Shown here piece by piece: positions 58,401-64,000 of a DNA stretch of 64,000 bases (position 1 is its first letter; each line of letters opens with the position of its first letter). The stretch covers positions 34,825-98,824 of the forward strand of contig JAHYIS010000003.1 of assembly GCA_019429385.1 (NCBI GenBank). The letters run 5' to 3'. The notes below the pieces were generated by a model. It was given only the letters and a program-made list of their open reading frames with translations. It had not been told where the DNA came from and did not search any database. The stretch comes from ANME-2 cluster archaeon (GTDB lineage: Archaea; Halobacteriota; Methanosarcinia; Methanosarcinales; Methanocomedenaceae). The position numbers were made by a program, and so were the translations under genes.

Positions 58401-59570
58401 TTACTCTTCCAGGTCATCGATGAGTTTCATTATTTTAATGGCCTTGTGCTTGTATTTTGCGCGTATGGATTGGTACTCTTTTTCTGACAGGGCACCATCG
58501 GCATAGTCCTCATCCAGTTCATTAAGGACCTTTAACAGGGCTTTCTTCGCTGATTTGAGCTCACCTATATCGAAACGTTCCAGATCTTCTGAATCGAGCA
58601 CAGAAACAGCAGACACGCTGTGCCCAACCTCCTCACTGGTTTCGATGTCTTCCCCGGACCCTTCATCATATTCCTCGGTTTCCTGTTCCAGATAAATATC
58701 TTCATCCTCTTTTGCTGGCCTGGCTTTTTTCGTTCCCTCTGTTAAGCCCTTGCCAGGAAGAGTTTTGCCCCTCAGGATAGGAATACCGATAACCAGGATA
58801 ATGATCAGCAACAGGAGCAGAATTAGAGAAACACCTTCCGTGTCAATGCCTGAACGACTCAGTACAAAAGATATCTCAATAAATTGAGGCTGTGCCCAAT
58901 TATATGTCATCGCCCCTTCCAGGTTCTCGACTGAATCAGCCTCTATCTTGCTGCCGTCTTCATTGACAATCCTGGTTTTCAGGTCATCTGATTTGACCAG
59001 TTTGACAACCAGTGCCGGCAAGCCGGATGCAGGGATATAGTTATAGTTCACGTTCGTGGGATATTTCAGTTTCTTGGTATAGGTCACAGATTCGGTCATT
59101 TTACCGGTAGGTTCTGCCGGCACCATGTACTGCACCCGGTACATGGGAGTCATGCCAGTTCCTGCCAGAATAGTGTCATTCCATCCGATGACGTTATCAT
59201 TGACAAAATAAACATTCAAAGGAATACCAGGGGTGTTTGCAGACATCCCAAGTTTTCTCATTTCCTCATTGAATATTCCATTTGGCACCCATGAAAATAT
59301 TGGTCCAGTGTAGTTTCCAGTTCCAATATTTTTGAATACGATGGTTTCAGCTACTTTTAGATAGCCTGGATTTGAAACTTGGTCAATTTCAATAAGATGT
59401 AGTACTATAACGACATTTGAACCATACGACGTGGCCGCACCACCCATTATACTCCCACCATTACTGCCACCTGTGGCATAATCTTCAAAAGCATATACCG
59501 GAGATGTAAAAAGCAGCAATACCAGGACAGACGATACAATAATGGACAGAGCCGGATCTTTTCTTTTCAT
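58401..59570 (-). CDS. hypothetical type-I membrane protein (signal peptide, ~230-aa ectodomain, one TM, acidic tail with a SHOCT-like end)
   Basis: Signal peptide ALSIIVSSVLVLLLFTSPVYA; TM LILLLLLIIILVIGIPIL; C-terminus ADGALSEKEYQSIRAKYKHKAIKIM. Confidence 0.6.
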   Translation of the reverse strand: MKRKDPALSIIVSSVLVLLLFTSPVYAFEDYATGGSNGGSIMGGAATSYGSNVVIVLHLIEIDQVSNPGYLKVAETIVFKNIGTGNYTGPIFSWVPNGIFNEEMRKLGMSANTPGIPLNVYFVNDNVIGWNDTILAGTGMTPMYRVQYMVPAEPTGKMTESVTYTKKLKYPTNVNYNYIPASGLPALVVKLVKSDDLKTRIVNEDGSKIEADSVENLEGAMTYNWAQPQFIEISFVLSRSGIDTEGVSLILLLLLIIILVIGIPILRGKTLPGKGLTEGTKKARPAKEDEDIYLEQETEEYDEGSGEDIETSEEVGHSVSAVSVLDSEDLERFDIGELKSAKKALLKVLNELDEDYADGALSEKEYQSIRAKYKHKAIKIMKLIDDLEE

Positions 59571-60105
59571 TGATGAGTACTTCCTTTATATCCTAACGAG
59601 ATTATGATGGTTATTTAATAATGTGACCTGCTTTTTAGTATAGTTATTCACGTGATTTTTCAGAAGTAATTTATTTTAATAAATACAAGTGAATATATAT
59701 AACAATTTCTATACAGTTTTTATTATTCACTATATATAATTCTACTTAAATTGTTGTTATTGTTTCACTCACATTCTAGTCCTTCACCATAAACCCCTCA
59801 AAAACCGGGCTTTAATTAATTCTTTGTGTCTACGAATTAATAATCTCATGAGGTAAATCCCAAAAGTGAATATTTTTAAGTTAGAAGAGGCACCCCAGGA
59901 AATAGGGTAAAACGATGCAGAGCTTGTCGTTCCAATATTATCAAACTACCTCGGATGCTGCGAACTTTCACCGACATTGATATGACCATCAGGTGTATAA
60001 ATAAAGGCAGATTAATGTAAACACGTTTGCTAATCTTTATCTATTCTCTGATTCTAGATTCCAAATAATTGATCGGAAAAACCGGATGCTCTGGATACAT
60101 GGATA
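59571..60105. promoter_or_regulatory. 535-bp AT-rich divergent intergenic region sharing motifs with 6208-6661
   Basis: TATTCAC at 59644 and 59723 (+) and at 59688-59694 and 59865-59871 (-). GGAAATAGGGTAAA at 59897-59910, versus GGAAATAGGGGTAAA at 6313-6327. Confidence 0.5.
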
Positions 60106-60630
60106 ATGGTAAATGGAGAAAATATCATGGAATTTGAAAAGGTTGTCAATGAAGAAGATGTGCTCTGGTTCGAATTTACCTGTCCGTTCTGTTCCCGGTC
60201 ATACCGTATCAACAAGACATGGGAACGTGTCGATGGGGGAAGTACATGCATGTATGACTACCCGGATGATAACATCCCGGATGATCACTGCCAGCACCTG
60301 GTCTCATGGGACAACTCTGAAGGTGGCAGCGATTACAATTGTGAGATCAATGAACTGGAATTTTTGACCAGGATGTCAGACCTGCCGTTTCGGGTCTGGG
60401 ATGTGCTCCAGGAAGTGGTGAACAATGATGGTCTTCCTGAGGGTTGTGAGGTTGGTATCAGGGCATTTTATGTGAACAGCTATATCGTATTTATTTTCTG
60501 TAATGACCCGCAAACCCTTGCACATGTGGTGCTGGAAAAAACCAAAGAACATATTCGCAGATATAATGACCAGTATTGTCTGGACGCCGTTGACCTTGAG
60601 CGTTATTCAGAAATTCTAGTACCTGAATAA
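60106..60630 (+). CDS. hypothetical Cys/His-containing protein
   Basis: 174-aa ORF (the alternative start ATG 60127 gives MEFEKVV). CPFC...C...HC.H candidate metal site. The C-terminal FCNDP module is repeated at 62081-62185. Confidence 0.5.
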   Translation: MVNGENIMEFEKVVNEEDVLWFEFTCPFCSRSYRINKTWERVDGGSTCMYDYPDDNIPDDHCQHLVSWDNSEGGSDYNCEINELEFLTRMSDLPFRVWDVLQEVVNNDGLPEGCEVGIRAFYVNSYIVFIFCNDPQTLAHVVLEKTKEHIRRYNDQYCLDAVDLERYSEILVPE

Positions 60631-60649
60631 TCGAGCCTGAAAACTGTAA

Positions 60650-62074
60650 ATGGCAATTAAAGGAAGTGGACATATCACCGGAGTGGAAGAACTAATAGAA
60701 GTCGTTAGAAGCGAACAGGGGAAGGAAATAATTCACATTGATAGAATTATCGAACAAATGCAGTATCTCGATATAGAAGATGAAAGAGAGGTCCAGACCC
60801 TGGTCGAACTATTACAGCAAGAAGACGATGGTTATCTCCGGAGTGTTGCAGCTATGGCCCTCGGAGAAATTGAGAATAACGAGACAATTGAGCCACTTAT
60901 CCGGGCCTTCACAACAGATGAGGACAGCCTTGTCCGAAGTATGGCTGCACTGGGTCTTGGAAATTTAAAGAGCGAAGAAGCAGTTGAACTACTTATCCAG
61001 TCCTTAACAACAGACCCTGAACAGACGGTCAGAAGTGACATAGCATGGGCCCTGGGGGAGATAGGGGATACAAGGGCAGTTGAGCCCCTTATCTCGTCAT
61101 TGAAAAATGATGAAGAAAGGCGGGTCAGATGCAGCGTGGCACGGGCTCTGGGAGAGATACGGGACAAAAGGGCTGTGAGCCCGCTGATAAGAGCTCTCAG
61201 GGATGACCATAGATACGTCCGGATGGTGGCAGCAAAAGCTCTTGGAAAGATTGGAAATAAGAAAGCAGTCGTGCCGCTTATTCAGGCATTGAAAGGTGCC
61301 TCTCTGGTACATGAGAATGCCATCATTGCACTTGGCAGGATTGGAGACCACAGAGCGCTGGGCCCTCTGGTCGGGATGTTACGTGAACCCTGGGGAGAAT
61401 ATGAAGAGGTCAGGAAATACGCAGCCAGAGCACTGGGGGAAATGAGGAATACCAGGGCTGTTCCCAGCCTTGTTCTTGCTTTGGCGGATGAGGATATTGA
61501 GGTTAGCAGGTGTGCAGCCGAGGCTCTGGGTGAGCTCATGGATAAAAGAGCTGTTGTGCCGCTTATCTATTTCCTTGAGATGAGCAGTGACGAGATATTC
61601 CGCTTGAACGCAATTTCTGCACTTGGACTTATCAATGACAAAAAAGCGGTAGAACCTTTGATAAAGATCCTGTTGAATGATGAAAGCAGTATGGTCCGAA
61701 TTGAAGCAACAACCGCTCTCATGCTTTTAATGGATGAAAGGGCAATTGAACCGCTAATCCAGACTCTACGCTTTGACCCGGATAGTGAAGTGCGAAAGGA
61801 AACAATGTTTCCTCTTTGTTTCATTATGAATAAAGTAGCGGTTGAGCCTCTGTCCGACATATTGGTAACAGAAATAGACAGTGAGGTCCGTAATGCTGCA
61901 ATACATCATTTATCAGTACTGAAAGATGAAAGGGCGGTACCGGCTCTTATCCGGTCTTTTGTGTCAGATAAAGACCGTGAGGTCCGGGAGAATGCTGCGC
62001 GGGCCATAAAAAATATTGGGGGGGTCAATGCCCCTGGAGCATTGTTCCAGGAAATGGAAATCAGCGAGGAATGA
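60650..62074 (+). CDS. HEAT-repeat (PBS-lyase-like) protein
   Basis: About 14 tandem ~31-aa repeats of the form D..VR..AA.ALGEIGD.RAVEPLI.AL. Confidence 0.85.
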   Translation: MAIKGSGHITGVEELIEVVRSEQGKEIIHIDRIIEQMQYLDIEDEREVQTLVELLQQEDDGYLRSVAAMALGEIENNETIEPLIRAFTTDEDSLVRSMAALGLGNLKSEEAVELLIQSLTTDPEQTVRSDIAWALGEIGDTRAVEPLISSLKNDEERRVRCSVARALGEIRDKRAVSPLIRALRDDHRYVRMVAAKALGKIGNKKAVVPLIQALKGASLVHENAIIALGRIGDHRALGPLVGMLREPWGEYEEVRKYAARALGEMRNTRAVPSLVLALADEDIEVSRCAAEALGELMDKRAVVPLIYFLEMSSDEIFRLNAISALGLINDKKAVEPLIKILLNDESSMVRIEATTALMLLMDERAIEPLIQTLRFDPDSEVRKETMFPLCFIMNKVAVEPLSDILVTEIDSEVRNAAIHHLSVLKDERAVPALIRSFVSDKDREVRENAARAIKNIGGVNAPGALFQEMEISEE

Positions 62075-62080
62075 CCTCCT

Positions 62081-62185
62081 ATGATGGGGGAGGTACGGAT
62101 CAGGACCTTTTACAGATATGGTTATGTTGCATACGTATTCTGCAATGACCCCGAAACACTGGAGAAGGTGGTGTTTGTAAGGTAA
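62081..62185 (+). CDS. 34-codon ORF paralogous to residues ~113-145 of the 174-aa protein (small protein or gene relic)
   Basis: MMGEVRIRTFYRYGYVAYVFCNDPETLEKVVFVR versus GCEVGIRAFYVNSYIVFIFCNDPQTLAHVVLEK, about 55% identity by eye. Absent from the ORF track (under 60 aa). Confidence 0.4.
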   Translation: MMGEVRIRTFYRYGYVAYVFCNDPETLEKVVFVR

Positions 62186-62244
62186 ATAAGGTGGTAGATA
62201 TTGGCATGGAATTTGTGATGGGGTAATTGCTGTCTAAAAAAAGG

Positions 62245-62691
62245 TTACAATATACTAGTAATCTCAATACGAGGTGCCTTCTCATCCCCAGATACAGCAT
62301 CAATTAAACCTTTAATGGCATCATATGCTTTGTTTTCCAAAATACCGTTTATATGCATGAATTGAACTGCTTTTATCATTGCCCCCTTAAGATGTTCGAT
62401 GTATTTCAGCCTGTTCTTGAGAAGAGCTGCATGTTCATCTGAAACATCTTTCATTTCTAATAATTTCTTAATATCTTCAAAGCCATCAAGTTTTTTAATA
62501 CACTTTTTGAGTTCACTTCTGGTATTGCTTAAAATATCATCACCCTGGCGCAATGAACTGATTTTAAAATCGTTTTGTGTGAGTACTCCACCATCAATAA
62601 GTATGTGGCTATTCTGTAATTGAAAAAGTCGATGCACAGTCATCTGGGTTTCCCCCCAAAGAGTATAATAATTCTGTATTGTTGATATCAC
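62245..62691 (-). CDS. hypothetical protein
   Basis: 148-aa ORF with no recognised domain. Confidence 0.45.
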   Translation of the reverse strand: MISTIQNYYTLWGETQMTVHRLFQLQNSHILIDGGVLTQNDFKISSLRQGDDILSNTRSELKKCIKKLDGFEDIKKLLEMKDVSDEHAALLKNRLKYIEHLKGAMIKAVQFMHINGILENKAYDAIKGLIDAVSGDEKAPRIEITSIL

Positions 62692-62877
62692 GTTTTTTCA
62701 CCTCAAATAGTAAATATGACTATAATACAGATTAAATTAATTTGACAAAAATCTTCCCATGAACACCTATTAATAATTTTATGGAGGAAGATATTTAATT
62801 TTTATGGCGGGATTCTCAGCATATGAATGGAGATATTGATTATGTCCTGCACACCAAGGCATATCTTTATATTTTAC

Positions 62878-62914
62878 CCCTGCTAATATATTATAAATTA
62901 CATTTTTAGCAGGG
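62878..62914. promoter_or_regulatory. 9-bp inverted repeat bracketing an AT-rich TATA-like loop just upstream of the ATPase gene
   Basis: CCCTGCTAA (62878-62886) and TTAGCAGGG (62906-62914). The loop is TATATTATAAATTACATTT. Confidence 0.45.
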
Positions 62915-62922
62915 TTAATATT

Positions 62923-64000
62923 GTGGTTTATGTAAGCAGAAATCTGGAGAACCTGATAAAGGAGAATCTTGACAAACCTGAAATAATTGCAATTCTCGGG
63001 CCAAGACAATCAGGAAAAACAACTCTTCTCAAGCATATTTTCCAGACTCTTGAAAATGCAGTGTTCATAAGTTTTGATGACAGGATGGTACTTGAGATGT
63101 TCGTTGAAGATGAGAAAACCTTCGCAGAACTTTATGTAAAGAATAATCGGTACCTCTTCATAGATGAGTTCCCGTATGCAAAGGAAGGGGGGCAGAAGTT
63201 AAAGTACATTTATGACCATTACCCGGATACAAAAATATTGGTATCAGGCTCTTCTGCTCCCGGGCTTACAATTCATGGTATTAAATATCTCGTAGGCAGG
63301 ATATTTGTCTTCAACCTGTATCCACTTTCCTTTGAAGAGTTTCTAAGATACCGGAATGTGGAGCTTTTTGATACCTACCTGAGCAGGAAAGATGCAATTC
63401 GGGCGTATCTCTATGAAAGTGGCGAATTGCCTGTGATCAGCAAACCGCTTATGGAAATGCTAAACGCAATCTATGATGAGTATATTGTCTATGGCGGATA
63501 TCCCAGGGTTGCAATCTCAAAGTCCGGTGGAGAAAAGAGGCTCGTTTTGAAGAATATATACAGCACTTATTTTTTACGGGAAATAAAGGATATGTTGAGC
63601 TTAACTACGGATTTTAACCTGAGCAGGCTAATCAAGGCGCTATCAATAGAACTTGGCGGGCTTATATCCTATTCAAGTCTTGGCGAAGTTTCAGGTTTTG
63701 ACTATAAGGGGCTTTTATGGCATCTCAACATTCTTGAGAAAACATTTATCTGTAAAAGGATTGTTCCTTTTTTTACCAACAAAAGAACTGAGATAATCAA
63801 GATTCCAAAAGTGTATTTTTTTGACAATGGGTTCAGGAATACCATTATTGATGATTTCAGGCCCTGCGATATCAGGCAGGATATCGGCATGCTGAATGAG
63901 GCATTTATTTTTTCCCAGTTGACATATGGGGGTGTGGAAGTAAAGTTCTGGAGAAGTAAATCCAAGGCAGAAGTTGATTTTATTGTGGAAAAGGAAGGTA
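62923..64000 (+). CDS. AAA+ ATPase (AAA_14/DUF4143-type), 3'-partial at the window end
   Basis: Absent from the ORF track because there is no stop within the window. The frame is open from 62887, with a candidate GTG start at 62923. Walker A ILGPRQSGKTTLL and Walker B LFIDEF. The later part (FFTNKRTEIIKIPKVYFFDNG) is typical of the DUF4143 region. Confidence 0.8.
   Translation, partial: MVYVSRNLENLIKENLDKPEIIAILGPRQSGKTTLLKHIFQTLENAVFISFDDRMVLEMFVEDEKTFAELYVKNNRYLFIDEFPYAKEGGQKLKYIYDHYPDTKILVSGSSAPGLTIHGIKYLVGRIFVFNLYPLSFEEFLRYRNVELFDTYLSRKDAIRAYLYESGELPVISKPLMEMLNAIYDEYIVYGGYPRVAISKSGGEKRLVLKNIYSTYFLREIKDMLSLTTDFNLSRLIKALSIELGGLISYSSLGEVSGFDYKGLLWHLNILEKTFICKRIVPFFTNKRTEIIKIPKVYFFDNGFRNTIIDDFRPCDIRQDIGMLNEAFIFSQLTYGGVEVKFWRSKSKAEVDFIVEKEG

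Noticed and set aside
1-64000. Global TGA reassignment, considered because two genes show open frames after TGA
   Set aside because: Many well-defined genes (argD, hisC, trpB, trpA, SNF2 and others) terminate at TGA at the expected family length, often with ATGA coupling to the next gene. TGA is therefore a functional stop here.

Overview
This is an archaeal chromosomal window. The archaeal markers are TBP, a family-B DNA polymerase, a class-I CCA-adding enzyme, Sec61-beta, Bud32, Tfx, an FmdE-like protein and an archaeosortase. Together they suggest a Methanosarcinales/Methanomicrobia-like euryarchaeon, though that lineage guess is inference. Most of the window is housekeeping: argD-hisC, tbp, polB, trpC-trpB-trpA, cca, rlmE, nfi, uppS and an artA-psd-pssA lipid-anchoring cluster. 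A large molybdenum block spans 27.9-41.2 kb. It holds modABC, mobA, two mobB copies (one fused to moaE), moeA, an fmdE-like gene and tfx, followed by a Tat-exported PsrABC-like molybdopterin oxidoreductase operon with a TorD-like chaperone and an extra ferredoxin.

The parts I consider worth a second look:
1. About 10.5-19.4 kb is a visibly AT-richer segment ending at tRNA-Leu(CAA) with a decayed tyrosine-integrase fragment. It carries a complete bacterial-type ruvC-ruvA-ruvB operon, plus a module of a pRiA4b/MM3350-like protein, an orphan, and an SNF2 helicase with a SWIM zinc-finger protein.
2. Two long AT-rich intergenic regions (6208-6661 and 59571-60105) share a TATTCAC motif (4 exact copies each) and a GGAAATAGGG(G)TAAA element. 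The first region also has several ORB-like boxes, so it is a candidate replication origin or a shared regulon.
3. A small gene has a signal peptide and a PGF-CTERM sorting signal but is interrupted by one in-frame TGA.
4. Several perfect or near-perfect tandem repeats are present: 14 bp x8.8, 44 bp x3, and a 71-bp duplication.
5. A HEAT-repeat gene is flanked by a 174-aa Cys/His protein and a 34-codon paralogous fragment of that protein.
6. Two elements are missing from the ORF track: Sec61-beta, and a relic of a second 4Fe-4S subunit gene.

There is no CRISPR array and no rRNA. All GC statements are by eye, and all homology calls come from recognised motifs, not from searches.
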